Source of the DNA: Octopus vulgaris
Taxonomy: Eukaryota
Assembly: GCA_951406725.2 (NCBI GenBank)
Contig: OX597814.1
Location: forward strand, 154,194,001-154,258,000
DNA length: 64,000 nt
Direction: 5' to 3'
The stretch's first letter is position 1. Each line of letters starts with the position of its first letter. Positions 40,129 to 53,338 of this stretch are shown here, in pieces. The notes beneath the pieces were generated by a model. It ran no database searches and was not told the origin of the DNA. It was given only the letters and a program-made list of their open reading frames with translations. The translations under genes were made by a program, and so were the position numbers.

Positions 40129-40413
40129 TATCTACTGTAGCTTAATCTTGCTCAGACTGCCCTAGTATATGACTTGAATGACTCCTGCAAACCATTCATC
40201 TTTATCTAGTAAAGGATAACTAGATAAGGAAGGCAAGAACGTTTCTTGCTCTCTCACTAGAAACAGGGAAGCATGTGTATGTGGGGTTATACAAGAGTTA
40301 ACATATGTTTACAGGCTGAAGATATTGAATTAAATCATGTAAAAACTATGCTATTTTATAAAAAGTACATAATTGAGAATAAATACTCCCAAAGCTAAAA
40401 CAATGGATATATA

Positions 40414-40678
40414 GTGTTATATTTTGGGATGGTCATTTTTTTCTTGCCAAATATACACATGCACTATATATTTGTTTTTTCACTTGTTTATTATTGTTCT
40501 TATTTTATCTTATGTCCATTGTCTGGATATCTTTCATTACACATCTGTGACCTCTTCAGCAACTTTCCCATCCCACGTGATAAAATAAGAACAATAATAA
40601 ATAAGTGAAGAATGAATATATAGTGTGTCTGTTTATTTGGCAAAGAAAAAAAAATTACGATCTTGAAATATAACATTA
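40414..40678. repeat. Inverted-repeat element, ~95-bp arms with ~70-bp spacer
   Basis: TGTTATATTT..CACTTGTTTATTATTGTTCTTATTTTATC / GATAAAATAAGAACAATAATAAATAAGTG..AAATATAACA. Confidence 0.82.
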
Positions 40679-41009
40679 CCTGTTTCAGCACACAATTTCA
40701 CATCAGGAATCTTGCAAAACAAATTCATAAGCATAATGGATACATAAATATTTAATTTTTTCTTTTCACAAGATACAGTATTTTTGAAAAATAGGGGGAC
40801 CATCACTAGCTTTGATCTCTTACCACCACCAGCAGCACTACCTTAGTATATTGACCCCCAAAGCTAATTTGATCCAATAGAAAATTTGAACCAAGAATAA
40901 AGACACAATAAGGCATTAAACTAATTACTGTAAGACTCCTACATATCTTCTAATTTACAACAGACTTAAATAATGATAAATGCAGAGAAATATAAGAAAA
41001 AGCTGTTAC

Positions 41010-41219
41010 CTTTTCGACAGCGAGATCCACCTTCAAAGACGAATTTTCCTTCAACAACACCAAATCTGCGTAAATCATGTATTCTCCAAGACTGTAACAT
41101 CTTTGGTGGGATATAAGCTGCCAGGCAGAACTTGTCATGGTGGATATGCATTCGGACATTTTCTAAAGGAAGTTTACTACCCTGGGGTACCTTTAAGATC
41201 CGTACTCGATATTGGTGCT
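41010..41219 (-). CDS. DOK7: DOK7-like adaptor exon (IRS-type PTB domain, N-terminal part), 210 nt, phase 1/1
   Basis: tttacag|AG...AAAG|gtaaca. EHQYRVRILKVPQGSKLP...AAYIPPKMLQSWRIHDLRRFGVVEGKFVFEGGSRCRK resembles DOK7 IPPAVTGQWKLSDLRRYGAVPSGFIFEGGTRC. Confidence 0.92.
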
Positions 41220-41831
41220 CTGTAAAGAGATACACACATGAATATAGACATATATAGTTTTAAGTATCATGTTCTGATATTAAAGTTTTGATTCCCAATT
41301 ACAGTGAATTCATTTCAACTATATTGTTAAAATCCTTATGAATGAATGAATGTTAAAACTCACCATTTTCCCTCTTCTTCTGAAGCCCTTTATATGAATC
41401 CTCATATGTCCCTATCATCATTCTTATACCTTTTTACTTGTTTCAGTCAGTTAGACTGTGGCCATGCTGGGGCACCATTTGGAAGAATTTTAGTCCAACA
41501 CATCAACCCCAGTACTTATTCTACCAGTCTCTTTTGCTGAACCACTAGTTTACAGGAATAGATACACAAGCAGTGGTGGAAGACAAACACACAAATGTGC
41601 CACTAGCATCCGTGCCGGTGGCACATAAAAGCATTCACCACACTCTCAGAGTAGTTGGCATTAGGAAGGGCATCCAGCCGTACAAAACTATACCAAATCA
41701 AACTGGAGTCTGGTGCAGCCTTCCAGCTTACCAGCCCTGGTCAAACCATCCAAACCATGCCAGCATGAACAACGATGATGATGATGATGATGATGATGAT
41801 GATATATATATATATATATATGTATATATCT

Positions 41832-41880
<49 letters not shown>

Positions 41881-42214
41881 TATAAAGATATATACATATA
41901 TATATATATACACATATATACATATATATATATGATGGGTCTCTTTCAGTTTGTCTGCCAAATCCACTCACAAGGTTTTAACTGACCTAAGAATGAATAG
42001 TATACCCTGTACCATGAATCCTGACTGGTTGTAATTGGCTGTTCAGCCATGTTGAAGGTCATCATCAAGGCAATGTGGTTGTTATTTCTGGCAGGCTGGG
42101 TAACCACAGAGAGGCTCCTTCATTAACTTATGTTGTTAACATCTGTGATGAAGGCATGAAAATAGTAACTCACATTTCTGTAAACATTATATGAAGAATT
42201 TAGATGATACAAAC

Positions 42215-42445
42215 CTTCTCCTAGACATCGTCGAATACGCAGTTCAAAATGTATCATAAGTTCTCTGGATTCAAAAGACATAAGAATCACCGATTTCTGG
42301 CAAATAATGGCCATGACATTGTCTTCCTTCTCATAAGTGAACCCAGATTCAATGCCATAGAAACCTTCGAGAGGAAATGTGTTTTTTGCATTGCCGTCTT
42401 TGAGAGCATCTTTGCAGTCTTTGTACAGGTATACCTGCAAACGGT
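42215..42445 (-). CDS. DOK7: DOK7-like adaptor, internal exon (most of PH domain), 231 nt, phase 1/1
   Basis: Acceptor tttttcag|AC, donor G|gtttgt. Translation (D)RLQVYLYKDCKDALKDGNAKNTFPLEGFYGIESGFTYEKEDNVMAIICQKSVILMSFESRELMIHFELRIRRCLGE aligns by eye with the recalled human DOK7 PH domain (DCLLMLVYKDK...AIVCLSQAIMLGFDS...RIRYALGE). Confidence 0.9.
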
Positions 42446-43039
42446 CTGAAAAAGAGAAAAAAAAAAAAGAGAAATAGATATGATTTTCATTGGACTTGTT
42501 TCTACAAGAATTTAACTAAAACAAAACTGGGAATATATTGAGAGAGAGAATCCTTTGTCATTCTGTTCTCTCTCCCTCTGTACATATATGTGTGTGTGTG
42601 TGTGCATGCAAGCACATATCATTATTTTAATGTTCACTTGTATGAGTCAAATGGAATTTGTTGAGGCAGATTTTCTACAGCTGGATGCCCTTCATGTCGC
42701 CAACCCTCAGTCGTTTTCAAGCAAGGGAATATTTCTCACTGGCTGGGAATATTTTCATGGAAGAAAGGTTGGGAATGTACGACACTGCTAGCATGATGGT
42801 GATACATCTCCAACTATTACATTATATGTATATGTGTGTGTATATATATAAATCCAAAAAAAGAAGAACAAACATAAAACAACAGCGCAAGGATGTGGTA
42901 CATGTAAAGTATTAGCAGACGCTCAGGGAAGGAAAGAAAGATGGTTTTACATTTCAAGCAACGCTCTTCTTCAGAGGAAAGTCCAATAGAAAGGAAGACG
43001 GAGGAAGAAAATCACCAACGATTCACATGTGGTTACATT

Positions 43040-43084
<45 letters not shown>

Positions 43085-43254
43085 TATACACACATACATA
43101 CAATGGGCTTCTATCAGTTTTTGCTTACCAAATCTGCTCACAGGGCTTTGGTCAGTCTGAGGCTATAGCAGAAGACAAGAGGACAGCTACCATGCAGTGG
43201 GACTGAACCTAAAAGCATATGTGACTGGGAAGCAAACTCCTTAACCATACACCC

Positions 43255-43257
<3 letters not shown>

Positions 43258-43326
<69 letters not shown>
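43258..43326. repeat. (AT)n microsatellite, one of many AT/GT/ATGT/GAT tracts
   Basis: Seen directly. Confidence 0.95.
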
Positions 43327-43332
<6 letters not shown>

Positions 43333-43344
43333 GTGTGTGTGTGT

Positions 43345-43589
43345 GGAGGCGCGTGGCTTAGTGGTTAGGGTGTCAGCATTATGATCGTAAGATTGTGGTT
43401 TCGATTCCTGGACCGGGCGACGTGTTGTGTTCTTGAGCAAAACACTTCATTTCACGTTGCTCCAGTCCGCTCAGCTGGCAAAAATGAGTAACGCTGCGAT
43501 GAACTGGCGTCTTGTCCAGCTGGGGAACACAAACGCCATAGAAACCGGGCCCGTGAGCCTGGCTAGGCTTTAAAAAGGGCAAATTTATT

Positions 43590-43590
<1 letters not shown>
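43345..43590 (+). mobile_element. tRNA-derived SINE family C
   Basis: GGAGGCGCGTGGCTTAGTGGTTAGGG..GGTTTCGATTCC, CTTGAGCAAAACACTT, tail GGCTAGGCTTTAAAAAGGGC. Relatives at ~35515, 38170 (-) and 57060 (-). Confidence 0.75.
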
Positions 43591-43639
<49 letters not shown>

Positions 43640-46600
43640 TAATGTAAGATCCAAGGATCAAGGTGTAAGAAGAAAGTGAGCTTCAAGCAATCTGTAGAAA
43701 ATATAAAAAACAACTTTCAGGAACAATACTGGTTTATTAGAGTGGAAGGTTGTGAATTTCCCCCATATCTCCATTCCTTAGCTTATGTATATATATATGA
43801 GTGGAGAAATGAAAGAAAAAGGCACTCAACACATTTAGAAGGAGTTACATATATCACAATTTAAAACAGTTGGATTTGGGCTCTATGTGTAAAGTTTTGC
43901 AGGCTTCTTAAAGAAATCCAGCTTGTTCAGGTTCAGATTTCTGGTAATCTGATGCCCTTCCTATTGGAAAGCTTCGTCTGTTTTCTATCAAGGTAATATT
44001 TCCTCAGGCTGGACATCTTTTTCATGGAAGAGAGGAAATGAATGTCATCAGTTGTATGATGGTGAACTAGTTTTCAACCGTCGTGCAATATCGAGACAAG
44101 GATACACACACACATGCACACACAAGGCTTTAGTTGGCCTAAGACTAGAGTAGAAGGCACTTGCCTAAGGTGCAACATAGTGGGACCGAACCCAAAATCA
44201 TATGGATGGAAAACAAGCTTTTTACCTACATAACCATGCCTTGAACCTGATAAAAATAGTTAAATGTACTCTTAGTTCAGCCCTGGATATAACATGGTAA
44301 AAACAGAAAACAGATGGGATGGTCACATTTAGAATGTGTATTAGAAATACAGTAGCAGAACTGGAACGATGATTCAGTTGATCTCATCTGATCATTTAGC
44401 CAATTTCCTATGACTTATACATTTACTACAACAACAACAACACAAGCTGATATGTGTACTCGACATGCTAGAAACAGCAGCAAACCATTTTCTCAAATCA
44501 CAACCTACTATCTTAACCTTATTGATACCAACCTGTGTGAGACTGTCTCTAGTTCCATAATGTAAAATCTCTAATTTTAAAATCTTCCAATATAATTTGG
44601 GTTTAGAACATATTTTTGTTATGTTCCGGCCCACAAACTTTAATAATGGAAAACAAAAATAGTTATTTCACTTAATCCCAGCAAATTTTGCATTACTTTC
44701 AAAATTAATTAGAACATACAGGCAGTATATTTCATTTGAAATATGATCTTGAAAGGTTTAAATAAGGAAATGTATTTAGTTCTAGTTACACTATGTCTGC
44801 ATAACAAGACAAGATGATCACATGTAGAATACCTTTGATTATATGATTATAGGGCTGCTTGCCAGGTTTCACTTAAGATTTAATAGATAATGGAACTGAA
44901 GGTAATGTTGTCCTTCTGGGAGGATATTAAGCTATGAGACAAAGATACAAAAAAAAAATAAAAAAAAGCAGCAATAAAGAAGGAATTATGTGGTAACAAA
45001 ACCTAAAAAAAAATTATGAGGCAATGAAAAAAGATAACTTAAGCATCAGATCAGTATTTTTTTTTATCTCCCATTCCATCTACTTTGCTCCAGATTTTTG
45101 CAGTTATGTGTTTTTTTTTAATATAGTAACAGAAAAGAAAATCTCCCATTTGTTTTGCCACCAAGTCAACATTGCTTTAGCAGCTTAGCATCTGTGGCAA
45201 ATTAACTGAAATGAAGAAAAGGGTTAATCAAGAGAACAGTTAATCCAGAGCAAATCTAGAGAAACTGAGAACAGTTAATTCAGGGTTGAATTCTTAATAT
45301 AAATTTAAATACTTTTTACCCTTTGAAACAGCTGCAAATTTTATAGAATATGTGCATATAGTAGTATCTGTAGAGTTTGTATCCTGTATTTCTATGACTG
45401 CATGTCGAATGCTATATACTAAATAAGTGACTTATCTCTTATCTGAATAGATTTAATTCTTAAAATATCTGAGATTGATTTTCATTCATTTATTTAAAAA
45501 AAAAAATTCTTTTGTAACTTTTACTTGTTTCAGTCACTAGACTGGAGCACTGCTTTGAAGGATTTAGTTACACAAATTAACCCCAGTATTTATTCCATCA
45601 GTCTCTTTTGCCAAACTGCTAAGTTACAGAGATGTAAACAAACCAACACCAGTTGTCAAGCAGCAGAGTTGGGGATAGATACAGACATACTACACATACA
45701 CACATGATGGGCATCCCCACAGTTTCCATTTACCAAATTCATTCACAAGGTACTAGGTGGTCCAGAGCTATAGTAGAAGACACTTTCCCAAGGCGCCACA
45801 CAGTGGGACTGACCCCAAGACCATGTAGTTGCAAAGTAAGCTACGTAACCACACAGCCATGCCTGTGCCTGAATTGCAAAACTGTACTTTTAGAATATAA
45901 TACCCTTTCTGCTGCTAACTATATCAGAAAATGGCAAGCCAATGAAATGGTTTTTTATGTGGTTGATTACCATGCTACAAACAACAGCCAAATTCCCATC
46001 ATCTCACAACCTATTGCCTTTAAAGAGGAGTATGATACTGGATAATGTAGTTCTGGAAGAAATATGAGATGATCACAACTATAATTCCTTTAATCATATA
46101 TATATATCAGTGGTTCTCAGCCATTTTTCTACCTATAGACCCCTTTGATTCCTATTTCACTCAGGTGGACCCTCAAGAGTTAATATACTGTAAGTGAAAA
46201 GAAACATCTAATTTTAGAGCACCTTAATTATAACTGCTTTCTGTTGGGTTTCCAACAATCACATCACTGAAATTTCAAAGCTACGAGAAAACGCATGATT
46301 AATTCAAAACCATGAGAATAAATAAGCATTGCATTTGACGGAGTAATACGGAATGCTAAAAGATTAAACTGGTACTTTGAATGTAAATTTATATGAAGTT
46401 TTGTCAGAAGGTTTTAATTCGGATCACTTTAAAAACAGGAAGTTTGTATCATAGAACCTGGACTTCAGGCAGGTTGACATTCAAAGGATAAAACTGAAGA
46501 TTTCCAGTGCTTTTTTAGGTTAAAATCTTTAATAACCTTTTCATGTTGATATTTCACATTTCTCCAGTTCACTGAGCTGAGTTGTGATGCCACTGGTGCC

Positions 46601-47236
46601 AAGCTGTATCGGCCTTTGCCTTTCCTTTGGATAACATTGGTGACATGCAGAGGGGGAGGCTGGTATGCATAGGTGACTGTTGGCATTCCATAAACAACCT
46701 TTCTTGGACTTGTGCCTAGGAGGGGAACTTTCCAGGTGCAATCCCATGGATTGCAATATGACCAAAGGGGACCTTTACCCTTTTACCGTGTTTATACATT
46801 TTAATTGCAAAAATAATCAATTTAGAGTTATTTAGTGAAATAACTTAAGTTAAACATAGCAAAAGATGGAAAGTTTTAATTTCAATGCATAAATACTTTA
46901 AAATAAAAGTTTTGTATCATAGATGCACAAGCAGTCTGTCAGGTTGCAATCTAAAGAATTAAGTTGTTCTAAATGCCACAATTAATTATAAATATTTTAT
47001 TAGTACCCATTCCCCACAAAATTGCTAATTATTTTCAAAATTGAAACACAAAACTATGTATTTCATTAGAAATATGGACATGAAAGGGTTGATAATTAAA
47101 ACTACTGACAATGAAATAATGGATGTTTCAGTTATGAAGAGAAAGGAAAAAAATTCCTAACCATTTTTTTTTATTATTATAATGCATCACTAGAAAACCA
47201 GCAGAACTACTATGAACTGAAATAGCAGTTACACAC

Positions 47237-47365
<129 letters not shown>

Positions 47366-50221
47366 AGGGTGGTGGTGGTGTTAACAATACTTTTGGAGAT
47401 TCCTTTCACAATTGTGGTTTTCCATATTACAATAGGGTGGATGGTTCTGAGGACTCGAATCCTTTGTTGAAGTCATTGAATCATATGTTAACAGCAGAGT
47501 TGGATAAATTTGTTAGCCAAGAGAAGTGTAAAAGTGGTAACAAATTGGCCAGAGTCATTAGGAGAGTAGAATGAAAACAAAAGAAAAAAAATGGCTTGCA
47601 AGCATTTGTTGCAACAACGTTTGTTCTGCTTTCTGAATCCGAATCCTGTCAAGGACAACTTTACCTTTCATCTTTTCTCAGTTAATAAAACAAAGTATAG
47701 TCTAGGGTAGTAGATTGGCGATACTGTTAGAGCAGAGGTTCTCAACCTTATTTTGGTTGTGGACCCCCTGAGAGCTATCTTATCATCTGTGGATCCCATA
47801 TATGCACATGTAAATTTTTGAAATAAAATCTTTGTTTGTAGGTTAGTAAAAACTAACAATGAAACAATTTTGTTATATACATAGCCTGTTTGGTTTCTAT
47901 AGCTGGATGCTCTTCCTAACGCCAACCACTTTACAGAGTGTACTGGGTGCTTTTTACGTGGCACCAGCACCAGTGCTTTTTATGTGACACCAGTAACACA
48001 TGTATGTGTGTGCATGCATGCATAGCTATGTGATTGAGTAGTTCACTATGCAACAATGTGGTTCTGAGTTCAATCTCACTATGCTTACTTTGTGGAAGTC
48101 TACCATATCCTCAGACTGACCACAATCTTGTGAATGAAATTTGATGGATAGAAACCTTGAAGAAGACCATGAAAGGGACCACTTCTTGAGTGGTAGACAA
48201 TCTGCCATTTAGCCTCACACACCAAGCTAGCCCTTGGGTGCCTTTAGTGTTGGTGATGGTGGGTCTACTCTGTTGCAAGCATTCAAGCCGGTTCTCCGGT
48301 CAGAGGATAACTTCCTTCCATCTTCTGATTAGCCATGTCCCTTTATTTTTATTATTAAGGTGACAGAGATGCTGTCATTGGAAGGGTTTCAATATTTAGT
48401 TTTGTTGTACAGAGTTGCCAGAGTTAACGTTGTCTTTCATCCAGTCGGGATCAATCAAAATAAATATCAGTCATGTATTGGGCTGACTCATTTGACTATA
48501 CTTTCCCTTTTATGCAAAATGGAAGAAATAATCAACAAAGTGGTAGAAAACCTGGCATCAATAACACATTTCTAAGAGGGAAATAATTTAAACCATTCTT
48601 TATTCAATAATACCAAAGGGCGGTGAGCTGTCAGAAACATTAGCACGCCAGGCGAAATGCTTAGCGATATTTCGTCTGTCTTTACATTCTGAGTTCAAAT
48701 TCTACTGAGGTGGACTTTGGTTTCATCCTTTCAGAGTCGATAAATTAAGTACCAGTTGCATACTGAGGTTGATCTAATCGACTAGCTTCTCCCCAAAAAT
48801 TTTGGGTCTTGTGCCTAGAGTAGAAAAGAATCGTTAGCACACCGGGTGAAATGCTTAGCAGTATTAAAGAATAAAGAAATAAATAATACCAAAAGACAAA
48901 AATAAGATGCTAAAAGAAAATTTTAAGTGAGCCACCTGTCTTTAGCTAGTGCTTAGTCAATAAAGATTACAGTTTAATTCAAATAGGATATTCACCATAT
49001 ATGAGAGAGAGATAGACAGATAGAAAGAGAGAGAGAGAGAGGGAGCTCTTTAAGACTTGTGCAGGGCTCTAGTTTCATGAGATTAAAGAGAAAGAAACAA
49101 ATCTTGCTCTGGATAAGATACCAGACCATTAAGGTAATATTGCCAGGAGATTTGGTATAAATTTCTGATATATAAGATAAGCTTATAATATTGCTGCACA
49201 GATACACAACAACATGTCTACAAAAAAATATACATTTGAAGCCCATTGAGACTCTTTCTATAATCAGAGAGAAGGACATTAGCTTAGAATAATGTGTGAC
49301 AAAGAAATCACTTTTAATTTTCCCAAAGATAGAAATTTCAAATCACATTAGTTAAAAATAATTCTTTTGTAATAGTTTTTTTTTTTAAAAAAAGGCAAAA
49401 AAAAAAATGCAAAAGTAAGATTTGTAATTATCAAGATATCTTATAAGGAAAAAACAATTAGTTTTAAAATTAACTTTCTTTTTTTTTTTTTTAAAGTAAT
49501 TACCAACTTAGAATTCTAAACCACTCAGAACATTTTTTAATTAAAGTCACAATAATTATTTAAGCAGAAATTTGTTTTTGTGAAATTCCTTCCAAGTTCT
49601 TTTAGATGAAGCCTTTTTTTTTTCTGTGTTTTTCTTTGACAAACTTACCAATATACAAATTTCAGTTCGTCAGAGTGGATTAGAGAATTCAAAAAATTCA
49701 GCACAAAGTCAAAATGTTATCTTCAAGTTAATAACATTTAAAACTCTTATCTATCTTTCAGTAACTTTTATGCATGTATATGTATATATATATATATATA
49801 TATCTTTAAAAACAGTCTACTTTATAAATATAACTAGATACATGGGGACCACTACACACCCAAATCAATTATGAATCAACACTATTTCCTTCTTTCAGAA
49901 TATTTTCCTTAAATTTGTTTAATGTATAACTAACACCATGATGATAACTATGACATACCATAAAAATCTATGTAACAGACAAAACAAAATAGCATTGTTT
50001 TCTCTTCTTGTCTATTGACCACATAATATACCGTCTGCTCTTTCTATTTGGTAACTTCATGCACTCTTTCTCTTTCAGTAGCAGCACCTGCCCTTTCTCT
50101 CTCTCTTTGTATTAATATGTTCTGTTATCATACTCATTCTTTAGTTGCTTTTTTCACCTCCTCTAAATGTGCTGCCTACTCTCCTTCCCACTTTTCCATT
50201 TTTTTTTTTCTGAACACATAT

Positions 50222-50439
50222 CAATCATCATCATCATCATCATCGTTTAGCATCCGTTTTCCATGCTAGCATGGGTTGGACGGTTCAACTGGGGTCTGTG
50301 AAGCCGGAAGGCTTCATCAGGCCCAGTCAGATCTGGCAGTGTTTCTACGGCTGGATGCCCTTCCTAACGCCAACCACTCCGTGAGTGTAGTGGGTGCTTT
50401 TTACGTGCCACCCGCACAGGTGCCAGACAGAGCTGGCAA
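50222..50439 (-). mobile_element. RTE 3'-tail repeat with (GAT)n end
   Basis: Matches 15250-15415. Many other copies, e.g. 326, 33790, 34380, 37893, 41610, 52110, 61785 and 62088. Confidence 0.8.
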
Positions 50440-50458
50440 TATCAATATTTAAATATAT

Positions 50459-50689
50459 TAAGGCAGTGAGCTGGCAGAATTGTTAGCATGCCAAGCAAAA
50501 ATACTTAGCAGCATTTTGTCCATTGTTATGTTCTGAGTTCAAATTCTGCTGAGGCCGACTTTGCTTTTCATCCTTTTGGGGTCTATAAGATAAGTACCAA
50601 CTGAGCATAGAGGTCGATGTAATTGACTAGCACACTCACCTGAAATTGCCGGCCTTGTCCCAAAATTTGAAACCAATATTTAAATATAT
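50459..50689 (+). mobile_element. SINE family B copy with a 16-bp flanking direct repeat
   Basis: CAATATTTAAATATAT at 50443-50458 and 50674-50689. Confidence 0.75.
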
Positions 50690-51078
50690 CAGAATCGAAA
50701 TCGATCAATGGAAATTGCAGATGTGTTACCAGTGCCGGTGGCATATAAGAGAACCTTCCGTTTCGCAACCGTTGTCAGCACCGCCCCGTTTCGTGTCCGT
50801 TGCCAGCCTTGCCTGACCCTCGTGCCGGTGGCACATAAAAAGCACCATCCGTTCGTGGCCGTTTGCCAGCTCTGTCTGGCACCTGTGCGAGTGGCACGTA
50901 AAAAGCACCCACTACACTCACGGAGTGGTTGGCGTTAGGAAGGGCATCCAGCCGTAGATACACTGCCAGATTTGACTGGGCCTGATGAAGCCTTCTGGCT
51001 TCACAGACCCCAGTAGAACCGTCCAACCCATGCTAGCATGGAAAACGGACGCTAAACGATGATGATGATGATGATGAT
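50690..51078 (+). mobile_element. RTE 3'-tail repeat, longer copy
   Basis: Internal GTGCCGGTGGCACATAAAAAGCACC subrepeats and (GAT)n tail. Confidence 0.8.
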
Positions 51079-52942
51079 TATGAAGTGTATGTATGTGTGT
51101 GTGTGTGAAATTACGTGTTTATACCAGATTCAATGAAGAAATAGAAACATGAATTGTGGGGCAAGTCAGATAAAACAACTGAGGAAAATTTGTTCAGTAT
51201 CTCATTGTTTTGAATTCAATTTTTGCTAGAGTCAATTTTACCTTTTGTTCCTTCAGAGCCAGTATGCGTCAATAATCCAATATCCATGGCAATTCAGTCT
51301 ATTGTTATTCTTCACTGTCTATGATATAACCCTGGGATGAGTCAAACCTGGCCCAACATGTAACTATAGCATTTGTCACTTACATAAGTTTCCCATAGCA
51401 CATCAGTGAATTTTACTCCATTCTATTTAATCAACCAAAGAAGGAGCCTCTTTGCAATTTTTCAAACCTACTGGAAAAAGTGGTCAAAATTCCCCAAATG
51501 ACACCCTACTTTCTTAAAAAGGGAAGGACATATTAGATAATTGAAAAGAAAAAGATGGAAAGGTCACAGCAGAAATATCTTTAACATTCAGATTAATCTA
51601 TAAAATCTGATGCTTCTTTATTCACATTGTTCCAAATTAATCGTGAATTATTTTACAGCTACAAGACTTCAATGATGTGATTATTTAATTTCAGAATGAT
51701 ATTCTTTTCTACTCTAGGCACAAGGCCCGAAACTTTTGAGGAGGGGGCCAATCGATTAGATCGATCCCAGTACACAACTGGTACTTAATTTATCGGCTCC
51801 CGAAAGGATGAAAGGCAAAGTCGACCACGGCAGAATTTGAACTCAGAATGTAAAGACAGACGAAATACCGTTATTGTAAGGTAGGTGTGAGAGGCCAGAT
51901 CTGGTCAGTTTTAATGTAAAACATGTAAAATAGTTGGGCTAGATACAGCTGGTTTAAGTGATAAAGGGTAAAAGTTTAATGTATAATAGGCATAGGCATG
52001 GATAGGGAAAACAGTGTCTGGTTGAGAAGCTTGCTTCTCAACTATGTGGTCTCTGGTTCAGGCCTACAGTGCAGCACTTTGAGCGTCTTTTATTATAGCT
52101 ATGCAATATGCCATGCTTGAGAAGACCAGTCACGCCAAGTGAAATTGTAGTTGCAGCCAATGCTGGTATCACATCAAAAGCACCCATTGCACTCTTGGAG
52201 TAGTTGCAATTAGGAAGGGCATCCACCTGTAGAAACCATACCAAATCAGACTGGAACTTGGTGCTGCCCTCCAGCTTATCGGTTTTAGTCAAACCGTCTA
52301 ACCCATGACAGCATGGAAAACAGACACTAAATAATAATGATGGCATTAGGAAGGGCATCCAGCTGTAGAAACTCTGCCAGATCAAGATTGGAACCTGGTG
52401 CAGCCATCTGGTTCGCCAGCCCACAGTCAAAATCATCCAATCCATGCTAGCATGGAAAGCGGATGTTAAACGATGATGATGATGATGATGTCAATCAAAG
52501 CCTTATGAGTGAATTTGGTGGACAGAAAGAAGAAACCTGCTACATGTGTGTGGATGCTTGTCTTGACATCACATATTGGTTGTAAACAAGCATCACTGTC
52601 ATACAAGTGGTGTTGTTTGTTTCCAGTCTTCTGTGAAAAGCTTGTCTGGCCATGGGGATACGTTACCTTGCTTGGAAACAGTTAAAAGCTTCCAGCAGGA
52701 AGGACATCTGGCTATAGGAAATCTATCTCAATAACCTTCATCTAACCCATCCAAGTATGGAAAAGTGGATGTTTAAACAATGATGATGATAATATGGATA
52801 TGTAATGTGTGACTGCATATATTATCTTTGTTTCAGTTGTTAGAGCTGCAACCATGCTGAGGCACCACCTTGAAGAATTCTAGGTTGAAAGAATCAACCC
52901 TAAAGTACTGGGGTATGACTACATATATGCAGCCTATAAGCA

Positions 52943-53338
52943 TTACTCTTTTACTTGTTTCAGTCATTTGACTGTGGCCATGCTGGAGCACCACCTTTAG
53001 TCGAGCAAATCTACCTCAGGACTTATTCTTTGTAAGCCTAGTACTTATTTTATCAGTCTCTTTTGCCAAACCGCTAAGTTACAGGGATGTAAACACACCA
53101 GCATCGGTTGCCAAGCGATGTTGGGGAGACAAACACAGACACACAAACACACATATATATATATACATATATATGACGGGCTTCTTCCAGTTTCCATCTA
53201 CCAAAATCCACTCACAATGCTTTGGTTGGCCTGAGGCTATAGTAGAAGACACTTGGCCAAGGTGCTACGCAGTGGAACTGAACCCAGAACCATGTGGTTG
53301 GTAAGCAAGCTACTTACCACACAGCCACTCCTGTGCCT
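52943..53338 (-). mobile_element. SINE family A, full-length copy
   Basis: Complete head-to-tail match to 70-650 without the insertion. Confidence 0.82.

Noticed and set aside
43345-43420. tRNA-like sequence with A/B boxes
   Set aside because: SINE head followed by SINE body; no complete cloverleaf.
50981-51005. CTGATGA-AGCC-ttct-GGCT hammerhead-like start
   Set aside because: No GAAA after the stem; other copies of this repeat read CTGGTGC.
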